A stretch of DNA of 64,000 nucleotides, from positions 14,677 to 78,676 of the forward strand of contig JAAYAB010000212.1 in the NCBI GenBank assembly GCA_012719595.1. The letters are read 5' to 3'. The notes under the pieces are model-generated. The model worked only from the letters and a program-made list of their open reading frames with translations. It did not search any database and was not told the DNA's origin. Both the position numbers and the translations under genes were made by a program. Source of the stretch: Bacillota bacterium (GTDB lineage Bacteria; Bacillota; DTU014). Position 1 is the stretch's first letter, and every line of letters starts with the position of its first letter. Below are positions 18,912 to 28,137 of the stretch, in pieces.

Positions 18912-20235
18912 CCTTTCTCGAATCCGGGTACTCGTTCGCGAAACCGAAGAACTCCTCGCAGGCCCTGCTGACTGCCTTCATCTTCTGAACGGCCTGCGGT
19001 GACGCGAAGACGTAGAAGCGCCACAGCCGCCTGTGTGCCTCCAAGAGGACTTGGAGTTCTGCACCTCGGCCTGCCATCTCAGATAGGGTCGTGACTCCCG
19101 GCTCCCCGCCTACTATCGGGACGTTGGCCTCTTTCAGCTGCATGTCCGGAGACGGGCAGTATATGATCAAGTCGCCCTCAGAGAGGCCGCACTCCCTGCA
19201 CAGGGCCAACTCAGCCCTGTTTCTCGCTTCAGAGTCATAGTGGTATGTATCCGCCAGCCTCGACACTACCTCCTCGGCAGCCTCGCTCCCTCTGGGCCGC
19301 GCCTTCCTGTAGAGGATGTAGGACCTCTTGTACAGGGACCGCGTTCGAACCATCTTCGCAAGCTTGCTGGCCAGAGGCAGGTCAGACGACTCTAGATTGT
19401 GGAGCAGGGACCAGTCGTCCATTTCCTCGAGGCGCTCAAGAGAGATGCGCCCCTGAGAAGCGCAGACCTCGACAGCCTTTGAGATCATCGCTCCCGCAGC
19501 CACCTTTGTGTGATGGTAGTAGACCCTTTCCGACAGGAAGTATCGCATCCTGAGCAGGTTGATGATCTCCGAAAGGGCGTCTTCGCGCAGACCGGTCTCC
19601 CGTCCCACTCGAAAGACGAGCCGCCCGCAGGCGTCGATCTCGAGATAGCGAAACACCCGCTCGTCGTATGATTGCGACAGGCCGCAAAACCACGCGTCGC
19701 GCTTAAGGTAGTCAGCAAGATCGGCCGAAATCGGTCCGGATACGATCTCGCGACCATAGCCGTAGCTTTGTTCAGGGAAATCGATGACTGACTGACAAGC
19801 ACCCGTGAGAACCGATATGACGGGCTCAAGGAGCTTCATGCGGCGCAGGGTCTTGCCGAGGTCTCCTCGATCGAGGGCGCGCTCGAGCCGGTAAGGCAAA
19901 TCGTGCCTTTCGAACACTCTCCGCTCATCCTCGAAAGTATGACCGAACGGCACGTGTGAGACATCGTGGACAAGCGCGGCGATCGAAATGACTCTCCTGT
20001 CGGCGCTATGCAGACGGAACGTCTTGGCGATCATGTCCAGCATCCGCCCTGCAAGCCAGGAGGTGCCCACGCAGTGGTCAAAGCGCGTGTGCAGCGCGGT
20101 CGGATAGACGAGATACGCGGTTCCGAGCTGCTTTATTCCCCTGAGTCTCTGCATTTGCGGAGTATCGAGTATCCGTATCTGTTCCGGCGTGAGCTCGATG
20201 TCTCCGTGCACACAATCCCGGATCACTCTGGTCAT
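18904..20235 (-). CDS. HD-domain phosphohydrolase, dGTPase/SAMHD1-like
   Basis: RFDHCVGTSWL...LVHDVSHVPFGHTFED HD motif; N-terminal VIRDCVHGDIEL typical of dNTP triphosphohydrolase-like proteins. Confidence 0.7.
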   Translation of the reverse strand: MTRVIRDCVHGDIELTPEQIRILDTPQMQRLRGIKQLGTAYLVYPTALHTRFDHCVGTSWLAGRMLDMIAKTFRLHSADRRVISIAALVHDVSHVPFGHTFEDERRVFERHDLPYRLERALDRGDLGKTLRRMKLLEPVISVLTGACQSVIDFPEQSYGYGREIVSGPISADLADYLKRDAWFCGLSQSYDERVFRYLEIDACGRLVFRVGRETGLREDALSEIINLLRMRYFLSERVYYHHTKVAAGAMISKAVEVCASQGRISLERLEEMDDWSLLHNLESSDLPLASKLAKMVRTRSLYKRSYILYRKARPRGSEAAEEVVSRLADTYHYDSEARNRAELALCRECGLSEGDLIIYCPSPDMQLKEANVPIVGGEPGVTTLSEMAGRGAELQVLLEAHRRLWRFYVFASPQAVQKMKAVSRACEEFFGFANEYPDSRKGD

Positions 20236-21965
20236 GATTCTCTCCTGTGTTCGCCGGCTGCGGCCATCATCTCGCGGGCGTGGGCGAGGCTTATCTCAGA
20301 GACCTCACCGTCAAGCATTCTGGCCAGCTCAGAAGCGCGCCCCGCTGTGTCGAGGTGCCTGACGACAGTGCGAGTCTTGCCGCCCGCGACTTCCTTGGAG
20401 ATGCTGCAATGCCAATCGGCTATGCTGGCGATCTGAGGAAGGTGAGTGACACAGATGATCTGCTTTGATCTGGCTATCTGCGCCATCTTCCGCGCGACTG
20501 CATGTGCAGCCGCCCCTCCCAGGCCGACATCAATCTCGTCAAAGACAATTACGGGTATCCTATCGCAATCCGCCAGAACCGCCTTGACAGCCAGCATCAC
20601 CCGAGATATCTCGCCCCCGCTGGCGACGCTCGCAAGCGGTCTTGGGGGCTCGCCGACATTGGCGCTGAACATCATCTCGATGTCGTCCATTCCATGAGGA
20701 CCCATCTCGGCTTTGGCGTCCCCCAGGTCGAATCCGTCCTCCGCAGTTCGGAGCGACACCTCGACTGAGAATTGGGCGTTCTCGAGTGCCAGATCTGTCA
20801 GGCTCTTGCTGACCAGCTCACCAAGCCGTTTGGCGGCAACCTTGCGTATGTCTGAGAGGGCGCTTGCCTTTTCGACCAGCTCGCGGGCCACCCTCTGGAT
20901 GTCGCCATCGATAGTCAGAAGCTGTTCCTCTGACTTCCCGATTTCGGACAGTTCCTTCGCGGCACTGTCTCTGTAGGTCAGCACATCCTCGAGCGACGGG
21001 CCGTACTTGCGCTTCAGTGCGTTGATGAGGTTGAGGCGAGCTGTCACGTCCGAAAGCCGCTGCGGGTCTACATCACATGCGTCTGCGAGATCCCTGAACT
21101 CCCTCGAGAGGTCGCGAAGCACAATGGCAGCCTCCTGGAATTGGTCTAGAACGGGCTGAGCGCGGCGGTCGACGCGAGCGGCTTTGACGAGGTCGCTTGC
21201 AAGGAACTCGAGCCTGGACACGAGCCCTGGCTCTTGACGGACGCCCTCGTACAACTCGTAGTAGGCTCGCTCATAGGTCTCCCTCAGCGTCTCCACGTTC
21301 TCGAGGCGGCGCTGTTCGTCCTCAAGCGACAGATCCTCGCCCTCAACCAGATTCGCTTCATCAATCTCCCCTACCTGGAATCTGAGGAGGTCAGCCCTCT
21401 GGGCCCTGTCGCGCTCAGAGGACTCCAAGTAGGCCTTGAGTTCCTTGAGTCGAACGTACTCCCTGTACAGCCCTGAAACGTCGTCGAGCAGCGGGACTAC
21501 GGGTGCGCCGGCGTACTCGTCCAGAACCGCTCGCTGGACCGACCGGCTGAGAAGTGACTGATGCTCGTGCTGACCGTGGAGATCGACCAGCAGATCGCCG
21601 ACCTCCTTGAGTTGCGCCAGAGTCACCCTTATGCCATTGACCCTGCACACATTCTTGCCGCTCCTCGAGATCTCTCTCGCCAGGGTGATCTCTCCACTGT
21701 TGTCTCCGGCGAGCTCGAGCTCCTCGACCAGCTTCCACGAAGGCGAGTCGCATTCAACCTGAAATGTAGCCTCGACATAGGCGGCGTCAGCTCCCGTGCG
21801 GATCATGTCGGAGCTCGCTCTCATCCCCAACGCGAGGTTGATAGACCCCACGATGACTGACTTCCCCGCACCGGTCTCACCTGTGAGCACATTCAGTCCG
21901 CGGGTGAACCTGAGAGTCTCCTGTTCGACAAGTGCGAGATTGACTATGCGAAGATCGGAGAGCAA
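20232..21965 (-). CDS. recN: DNA repair protein RecN
   Basis: LLSDLRIVNLALVE...LNVLTGETGAGKSVIV N-terminal SMC-like head; C-terminal signature/D-loop (IVFDEIDVGLGG). Likely TTG start near 21965; track ORF extends to 22010. Confidence 0.85.
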   Translation of the reverse strand: MLSDLRIVNLALVEQETLRFTRGLNVLTGETGAGKSVIVGSINLALGMRASSDMIRTGADAAYVEATFQVECDSPSWKLVEELELAGDNSGEITLAREISRSGKNVCRVNGIRVTLAQLKEVGDLLVDLHGQHEHQSLLSRSVQRAVLDEYAGAPVVPLLDDVSGLYREYVRLKELKAYLESSERDRAQRADLLRFQVGEIDEANLVEGEDLSLEDEQRRLENVETLRETYERAYYELYEGVRQEPGLVSRLEFLASDLVKAARVDRRAQPVLDQFQEAAIVLRDLSREFRDLADACDVDPQRLSDVTARLNLINALKRKYGPSLEDVLTYRDSAAKELSEIGKSEEQLLTIDGDIQRVARELVEKASALSDIRKVAAKRLGELVSKSLTDLALENAQFSVEVSLRTAEDGFDLGDAKAEMGPHGMDDIEMMFSANVGEPPRPLASVASGGEISRVMLAVKAVLADCDRIPVIVFDEIDVGLGGAAAHAVARKMAQIARSKQIICVTHLPQIASIADWHCSISKEVAGGKTRTVVRHLDTAGRASELARMLDGEVSEISLAHAREMMAAAGEHRRES

Positions 21966-22043
21966 GGTCTCACCTCCAGGGTCAGAGGCTTCACACTCCA
22001 GAGGCCACACGCTTTACAGGCTGCACATCTCAGTGGCTGGGCG

Positions 22044-22496
22044 TCAACTCCTCAAAGCACTCAGCTCGCCCATCAGCTCGAGCACCCGTTCCTTTGGCCT
22101 CACAATCACCAGGACCGTGTCGTCGCCCGCCAGCGTGCCGACGATGCCGCGCCAGTTCAGGTCGTCGACCACGTCGCCCACGGCTCCGGCATTGCCCGGA
22201 AGAGTTCGTATCAACAAGAGGTTCTCGCTGTAGTCGAGGGACACTACTGAGTTGGCAAAGACCCTCCTGGCGCGTTCGACGGGGTCACCGTGGACGAGGT
22301 TAGGCGGCAGCGAGTAGCGGTACTCTCCGGAAGGAGTGGAAATCTTGATGAGCCCCATCTCCTTGATGTCTCGCGACACAGTTGCCTGAGTGACCGCTAT
22401 GCCCTCCCTAGCGAGTTCATCCGCAAGCTGCTCCTGTGTGTTGATAATCTTCGACATGATTATCTCACGAATCTTCGACTGCCTGAAGCTCTTCAT
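22044..22496 (-). CDS. argR: Arginine repressor ArgR/AhrC
   Basis: KIREIIMSKIINTQEQLADELAREGIAVTQATVSRDIKEMGLIK winged-helix N-domain; C-terminal oligomerization/arginine-binding GDDTVLVI. Confidence 0.9.
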   Translation of the reverse strand: MKSFRQSKIREIIMSKIINTQEQLADELAREGIAVTQATVSRDIKEMGLIKISTPSGEYRYSLPPNLVHGDPVERARRVFANSVVSLDYSENLLLIRTLPGNAGAVGDVVDDLNWRGIVGTLAGDDTVLVIVRPKERVLELMGELSALRS

Positions 22497-23401
22497 GACC
22501 CATCACCGCCCTCTCCGTCGATCTCGTGTCTCGGCCGCTCTCTGAGCTTCTCTCTTAGAATTCTGTAGAAGCTGCGGCCTCCAAGCCGTACGAACCGCGC
22601 CGTATGCGCAGACTTCCGCACCCTCACCTGATCTCCGGCGCGCAGGCTGTCCCCGACCTGACCGTCAACCGTCAGGACGGTATCCCTCCCGGATGAGGAC
22701 AGCACCACTCTGACCTCCTCATCGCCTGCGATGATCTGGGATCTCGAGTAGAGTGTGTGGGGACAGATGGGGGTGATGATCAGGCACTCAAACAGAGGAC
22801 TGACTATGGGGCCGCCGGCTGAAAGCGAGTACGCCGTTGATCCGGTGGGTGTGGAGACAATGACCCCGTCCGCGGGCACCGTCTGGACGTATTCGGATCC
22901 CACCATTATGTCAAGGGTGATCATCCGAGAGAAGCCGCTCTTGTTGATGACCGCATCGTTGAGACCAGTGAAGCTTCCCACCTGTTCGCCGTCCCTCTCC
23001 ACGCACGCGTCTAGCATCATCCGCTGTTCGACCCTAAAGGACCCTGCAGCCACGGTCTCGATCGCATCGAACACGTTTTCCTCCTCGACCTCGCTGAGGA
23101 ATCCAAGGTGTCCCAGATTCACTCCAAGGATCGGCACTCCGAGCGGCGCGGCGAGCCGCGCAGCCGCAAGCAGGCTGCCGTCTCCGCCGAGTACGACCAG
23201 TATGTCTGCCTGAGCAAGCTTGGTCAGGGTGTCAGCGTGCGGGCTTGGTTCGACAGACGGACGGTCGGCGGCGAACGAAGATTCGGACCGGACGATAGGA
23301 AACTCGACAGCCTCGAAAGACCGCTCCCTCATCCATCTGAGGAGCCTTTCGGAAGCCACCGCCGCCGGTCCGGTCTTGAGACATAAGACTCCAAACCTCA
23401 C
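22493..23401 (-). CDS. nadK: NAD kinase
   Basis: GGDGSLL, NLGHLGFL and DGVIVSTPTGSTAYSLSAGGPIV motifs. GTG start (VRFGVLC) with GGAGGG RBS 7 nt upstream, inside the longer track ORF. Confidence 0.85.
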   Translation of the reverse strand: MRFGVLCLKTGPAAVASERLLRWMRERSFEAVEFPIVRSESSFAADRPSVEPSPHADTLTKLAQADILVVLGGDGSLLAAARLAAPLGVPILGVNLGHLGFLSEVEEENVFDAIETVAAGSFRVEQRMMLDACVERDGEQVGSFTGLNDAVINKSGFSRMITLDIMVGSEYVQTVPADGVIVSTPTGSTAYSLSAGGPIVSPLFECLIITPICPHTLYSRSQIIAGDEEVRVVLSSSGRDTVLTVDGQVGDSLRAGDQVRVRKSAHTARFVRLGGRSFYRILREKLRERPRHEIDGEGGDGS

Positions 23402-24234
23402 GCTTGTTCCCTCCGCTCGGCCAATAGGTCTGAATGCGCGGCCGCCACACATCTCTCGATATCTCCCGCCGCAACAGGTTTGCATCCGGCCTCACGCGGC
23501 TTGAGGTGGGCAAGGAACTCGATGTTCCCTTTTGGACCGGTCACGGGCGAGTGCGTCACAGCGACTGGCACGAGTCCCGCCTCCTCGAGCGAGCCGAGGA
23601 CCGCAACCATGGTGTCAATGTGTGTCCGAGAATCCTTGACCACGCCCTTCTTCCCGACTCGCTGCGGCCCGGCCTCGAACTGCGGCTTCACCAACACGAT
23701 CAGCTCGGTGTCAGGTGACGAGAACTCCCGGAGCTTGCCCGCGATCTTGGAGAGAGAAATGAACGACACATCGACAGTGATGACATCGAGCGGATCAGGG
23801 ATCGCAGTCCTCTGAAGATACCGAAAGTTGGTGCGCTCCATGACGGTCACGCGGGGGTCACACCGCAGGCTCCACGCGAGCTGTCCTCTGCCTACGTCTA
23901 CGGCGTACACGTGACGGGCGCCTCTCTGCAGGAGACAGTCGGTGAACCCGCCGGTGGAAGACCCGACGTCCATGGCAACCCTATTCTCTACATCGACCTC
24001 GAAAACCTCCAGGGCTCTTTCCAGTTTCTGTCCGCCGCGAGAGACATATCGGGACGTCCTGCGGACGACTTCGATGGGAATGTCGGCGGGATAGCGAGTT
24101 CCAGGCTTAGTCGCGGGCGAACCGTCGACGAGCACCTCGCCTGCCATTATGAGCCGTCTGGCTTCCTCTCTAGACGCAGCCAGTCCTCTCTCTGCGACGA
24201 GTTTGTCAAGGCGTTCGCGGGCCAACTCTCTCAC
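23398..24234 (-). CDS. tlyA: TlyA-family rRNA 2'-O-methyltransferase (hemolysin A homolog, YqxC-like)
   Basis: S4 domain N-terminus (RLDKLVAERGLAASREEARRLIMAGEVLVDG); FtsJ-like MTase VAMDVGSSTGGFTDCLLQRGARHVYAVDVG; conserved dxs-tlyA-nadK-argR-recN order. Confidence 0.85.
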   Translation of the reverse strand: MRELARERLDKLVAERGLAASREEARRLIMAGEVLVDGSPATKPGTRYPADIPIEVVRRTSRYVSRGGQKLERALEVFEVDVENRVAMDVGSSTGGFTDCLLQRGARHVYAVDVGRGQLAWSLRCDPRVTVMERTNFRYLQRTAIPDPLDVITVDVSFISLSKIAGKLREFSSPDTELIVLVKPQFEAGPQRVGKKGVVKDSRTHIDTMVAVLGSLEEAGLVPVAVTHSPVTGPKGNIEFLAHLKPREAGCKPVAAGDIERCVAAAHSDLLAERREQA

Positions 24235-26170
24235 CCTCAGATCGAGCTGCAGAACCGACCCGAAGCACGCTCGCCCTCTGCCGCTCCGATCGCGCTTCTT
24301 TCACGATCACCCCTATGCGCTGTGCAAGGCACTCTGGGTTGAGGCAGAGTTCGTTCAGCAATTGGGTTCTGCTCCCATGCTGCACAAATGCCTTCGGAAG
24401 CCCGAGATTCACCACGCGAACCCTTGACGCCAGAGGAAGATCTGCGACGACCTGCGAGACTGCGCTGCCCATTCCCCCTTCGACGCAGTTTTCCTCCAGT
24501 GTCACTATTGGCAGGCGGTTCATTGCGATCTCGGTCACGATCCTGTCATCAATCGGGGCCGCGAACCGCGCGTCTACTATCCAGCATGAAATCCCTTGCT
24601 GTTCGAGAAGCTTTGCGGTCTCCTCGGCGACTGCAACCATCGACCCAAGTGCGATCACGGCGACGTCAGAACCGCGCACCACCGTCTCGGCCCGTCCGAG
24701 GACAACCGGGGACCTCTCCCACGGCAGCGGGACTGGGCTTGTCCCCTTAGGATACCTTATGGCGACAGGGCCGTTGCATGAGAGCGCGAACCTGAGCATT
24801 GCGGAGAGTTCCCTGTGGTCTCTAGGTGCGAGCACAATCATGTTCGGGATGTGACGAAGGAACGTGACGTCAAACATGCCATGGTGAGTCTGTCCATCTT
24901 CACCCACGATTCCGGCCCTGTCGACTGCAAACACGACCGGGAGCTCCTGGATGCAAACGTCATGCACGATCTGATCATACGAACGCTGAAGGAATGTAGA
25001 ATAGACAGCGACCACAGGCCGCATCCCCGCTTTGGCCAGCCCCGCGGCAAACGTGACCGCATGCTCCTCCGCGATCCCGACGTCAAAGAACCGGTACGGA
25101 TACTCTGCGGCAAAGGCCTCTAGGCCGGTGCCTTTCGCCATAGCTGCAGTGATCGCGACAATTCGGTCGCACTCTCGCCCGAGTTCGACGAGAGACTCGC
25201 CGAACGCCTGGGTGAAGGTCGGCGGGTAACCCGGTCCGGTCGACACCGGCTCACCTGTCTCCGGATCGTACGGATCGACGCCATGATAGAATGAAGGGTT
25301 GGACTCCGCGAACGGGCAGCCCTTGCCCTTGGTCGTCACTACATGGACCAGCACGGGCCCTCCTTTTCGGCGGGCATCTGACAGAGCCCGGCAGACCGCC
25401 GCAATGTCGTGCCCGTTGATGGGGCCGACATATGTGAAACCGAGTTCCTCGAACAGCGCAGGGACGACGAGGTACTTGATGCTCCCCTTGAGTCTGTTCA
25501 CAGCGTCTGACATCGTGCTCCCGATCGCGGGTATGCGTCTTATCAGATACTCGATGTCTTCCTTGATCCTGAGCACTCGGGGATCGAGCCGCACTCGGCT
25601 CAGATATGAGGACAGTGCTCCGACGTTGGCTGATATGGACATCTCGTTGTCGTTCAAGACAACGACGAGATTTGACTTGAGGTGTCCCGCATGGTTGAGC
25701 GCTTCGAACGCGAGACCGCCGGACAGAGAGGCGTCTCCGATCACGCATACGACAGCATAGTCTTCACCCTTGATATCCCTGGCCTTGGCCATTCCCAGGC
25801 CTGCGGATATCGACGTGCTGCTGTGGCCGGTTACAAACGCGTCGTGCTCGCTCTCTCGGGGAGACGGAAATCCGCTGATCCCTCTGTACTGCCGAAGGGT
25901 TCGAAACCGGTCAAGCCTGCCGGTTAGAAGCTTGTGCACATAGCACTGATGCCCGACATCCCAGACTATGCGGTCCTTGGGGCTCTCGAAGACCAGGTGA
26001 AGCGCAAGTGTCAGCTCGACTACTCCCAGATTGGGTGCGAGATGCCCGCCTGTGAGCGCCACCGTTTCTATGATCTCTCTCCTCAGCTCTTCGGCCAGGC
26101 GTTCGAGTGAGGAGTAGTCCAGACTCTTGAGGCTGTGTGGCCCCTCTATCCTGTCCAGAATCCTATCCAT
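24206..26170 (-). CDS. dxs: 1-deoxy-D-xylulose-5-phosphate synthase
   Basis: GHLAPNLGVVELTLALH, TPP-binding GDASLSGGLAFEALN, GHSSTSISAGLGMA; 654 aa. Confidence 0.95.
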   Translation of the reverse strand: MDRILDRIEGPHSLKSLDYSSLERLAEELRREIIETVALTGGHLAPNLGVVELTLALHLVFESPKDRIVWDVGHQCYVHKLLTGRLDRFRTLRQYRGISGFPSPRESEHDAFVTGHSSTSISAGLGMAKARDIKGEDYAVVCVIGDASLSGGLAFEALNHAGHLKSNLVVVLNDNEMSISANVGALSSYLSRVRLDPRVLRIKEDIEYLIRRIPAIGSTMSDAVNRLKGSIKYLVVPALFEELGFTYVGPINGHDIAAVCRALSDARRKGGPVLVHVVTTKGKGCPFAESNPSFYHGVDPYDPETGEPVSTGPGYPPTFTQAFGESLVELGRECDRIVAITAAMAKGTGLEAFAAEYPYRFFDVGIAEEHAVTFAAGLAKAGMRPVVAVYSTFLQRSYDQIVHDVCIQELPVVFAVDRAGIVGEDGQTHHGMFDVTFLRHIPNMIVLAPRDHRELSAMLRFALSCNGPVAIRYPKGTSPVPLPWERSPVVLGRAETVVRGSDVAVIALGSMVAVAEETAKLLEQQGISCWIVDARFAAPIDDRIVTEIAMNRLPIVTLEENCVEGGMGSAVSQVVADLPLASRVRVVNLGLPKAFVQHGSRTQLLNELCLNPECLAQRIGVIVKEARSERQRASVLRVGSAARSEGERVGPRTP

Positions 26171-26190
26171 GAAGCTAACCGCCTCTGCGC

Positions 26191-26817
26191 TTACCTGCGC
26201 CTCGAATCTGTATCGTTTCTAGCCTTGCCTTTTCTGCCGGATCGCTTTCGTCGGGAGAACAAGTTGATGACTGGGCCGAGTCTCAGCGTTTGCTCAAAAA
26301 AGCGCACCAGCCTTCCAACAGTCATCAACACAGCCACGTAGTTATGTATGGCGATTCCTTTGCCCCACGCCTTTCCGCCGACCGTAATCGCGGCCGTGAG
26401 GGCAACCAAGACCGCGTTGAGCGAACCCATAGAGGACCTCACACCGGAGGACGCGATTTGGAACACAATCGTCGCGACTACGGCTCCGCTCAAAGTGCCG
26501 CAGATATCGCCTATGACGTCATTACAGAAGGACGCGACTGCGTCAGCCCCGTGCACGATCCGAAGCGCTTCTCTCGCACCGGGGATCCGTTGAGAAGCCA
26601 TGGCGCAGAACGGGTCCTCCCTGGCGGCAGCGGCAGCTGTGCCGACGACGTCGAATATGATGCCGACCGCGACGACCAGCAAGAGGACTGACAGCGACGG
26701 GAGCAGGCTCAGCGAACCGAGGGCCGAGATCGACCCGAAGTTGAAAGCCGCACTCAAAAAAAACGTCCATGATCCGATGATCAGGACTCGTCGAAACCTG
26801 GGTGTCGCCGTGCGCAT
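26191..26817 (-). CDS. Small membrane protein with a stand-alone CNNM/DUF21-like transmembrane domain
   Basis: Start chosen at MRTATPRFRR (GGAGG RBS 8-9 nt upstream), not the Cys-rich upstream extension of the track ORF. 3-4 predicted TM helices; AREDPFCAMASQRIPGAREALRIVHGADAVASFCNDVIGDICGTLSGAVV resembles the DUF21 domain of CorC/CNNM proteins; basic C-tail. Confidence 0.5.
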   Translation of the reverse strand: MRTATPRFRRVLIIGSWTFFLSAAFNFGSISALGSLSLLPSLSVLLLVVAVGIIFDVVGTAAAAAREDPFCAMASQRIPGAREALRIVHGADAVASFCNDVIGDICGTLSGAVVATIVFQIASSGVRSSMGSLNAVLVALTAAITVGGKAWGKGIAIHNYVAVLMTVGRLVRFFEQTLRLGPVINLFSRRKRSGRKGKARNDTDSRRR

Positions 26818-26967
26818 CAGCAGGCTTAACCTCCTACATCGGCAGACAGGTGCTGCGGCAATGCCGGCCTGACCTATCTGAGTGTGCCGTAAAGAGGTGC
26901 ATGAGTGCGCTGGGTGGCAGCACCCTGAGTAAACATTGTGACATAAGGTCCAGTAGGTTTTCCCCAC

Positions 26968-27648
26968 TCGGAATCCGTCGTCGCCGAACGGACGGTTTCC
27001 CTTCCTCCGGGCGTCCTGCCGTCGCCAGACAGGAAACTGGATCGCCTGTGAGTCACACTCTAATCCTCAGGATGCCCCGCTCCGCAGACAGTCTAGGAGT
27101 TTTCCTCATCGACCTCTTCCGGTCCCTAGCCTCTTTTGCAGCCGCCACTTCACCCGGCAATAGGCTTGGGTCCCTGGCCGGGGATCCAAACTTGAACCCG
27201 GGTTCCCGCAGAGGCCGCTCAAGGCAGGCTACACTACACCCAGCCCAGTTAGTTGCCCTCTCAGGCCGGACCGGAATGCAGGTTCTACCCCAAGCCGTGG
27301 ATCGCCCGTGCGTGCGATTCTTCATCGGACGCCGCGTTCACCACGAGGTTGGGTCTCCGCGGAAGCAGGGTCAACGCCCGCATGCCGTTGCGGATCGCCC
27401 CACTTCCTTAACCCCCAGCACCAACCCCCGACTGGGCGTCGAGAGCCAGCACCAGGGACTTCATCGTTGTGCCCGTGGCGGATTTTTAGCCCCGCCTTCA
27501 GGACCGGAGTGGCCGACTAGAATACTGCGCCACCCGAGCATAACGCAATGTTATTATAACACAGGCTAAGACTGCCATCAAGGAGAGGACCGGCGCTCCA
27601 CGCAGCGCAGAGGCGCCAAGGCGCTGCTAGTAGATGGTTAGCGAGAGC
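26968..27648. other. 680-bp ORF-free, GC-rich, highly self-complementary intergenic region of unknown function (candidate structured RNA / long leader of the downstream DUF21 gene on the minus strand)
   Basis: No credible ORF on either strand. Contains the perfect palindrome GAACCCGGGTTC (≈27190..27215), several stable hairpins, and an AT-rich island (GCAATGTTATTATAACAC, ≈27545-27565). Could not be matched with confidence to tRNA, tmRNA, RNase P, SRP, M-box or cobalamin elements by eye. Confidence 0.3.
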
Positions 27649-28062
27649 CTACCGCATCAAAATCATGCTCACTGCTGCACCAAGGGCCGCACCCGCAAAC
27701 ACCTCGACGGGAGTATGGCCCAGCAGTTCGCGCAGGCGGTCTTCGCGTATGCGGCCGCCGTGGAACAGCTCGTCCACGATCTTGTTGAGGACCGCAGCCT
27801 GTTTGCCTGCGGCGTGGCGGATTCCGCTCGCGTCATACATCACAATGATTGCAAACCCGAGAGCAAGTGCGAAAATCGTGCTGTCAAACCCCGAACTGAT
27901 CCCCACGGCTACCGCGAGCGAAGACACAAAGGCCGAGTGGGAACTCGGCATGCCGCCGGGTCCAGTGAACCTCTTGAAATCGACTTTGCGGTGTCTGGCG
28001 AAGTAGTACACACCCTTTAGGACCTGTGCGATGAACCAAGCGGCGATCGATGACACCAGCAC
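27649..28062 (-). CDS. Divergent PAP2-family membrane protein (YuiD-like acid phosphatase/haloperoxidase-related)
   Basis: GGMPSSHSA...YDASGIRHAAGKQ and TPVEVFAGAALG match the divergent PAP2 (DUF212) family. Confidence 0.7.
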   Translation of the reverse strand: MLVSSIAAWFIAQVLKGVYYFARHRKVDFKRFTGPGGMPSSHSAFVSSLAVAVGISSGFDSTIFALALGFAIIVMYDASGIRHAAGKQAAVLNKIVDELFHGGRIREDRLRELLGHTPVEVFAGAALGAAVSMILMR

Positions 28063-28137
28063 GGGATTATGAAATGCGCCAGAGACGGATATGACTCACA
28101 CCTCCCAGAGCCGCCGTCAACTGTGGCGGAGTTTGAT

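Noticed and set aside
27180-27260. Apparent matches to RNase P RNA motifs (ACUGAACCCGGGU..., GUAGCCUGCCUUGAGC), a tRNA-like T-arm and a possible tmRNA
   Set aside because: The GAACCCGGG match occurs on both strands because the sequence is the palindrome GAACCCGGGTTC. No GGAAAGUCC P4 strand, no GGUAAGAGCGCACC, no foldable tRNA cloverleaf, no CCA-adjacent acceptor pairing and no tag-peptide reading frame could be found.
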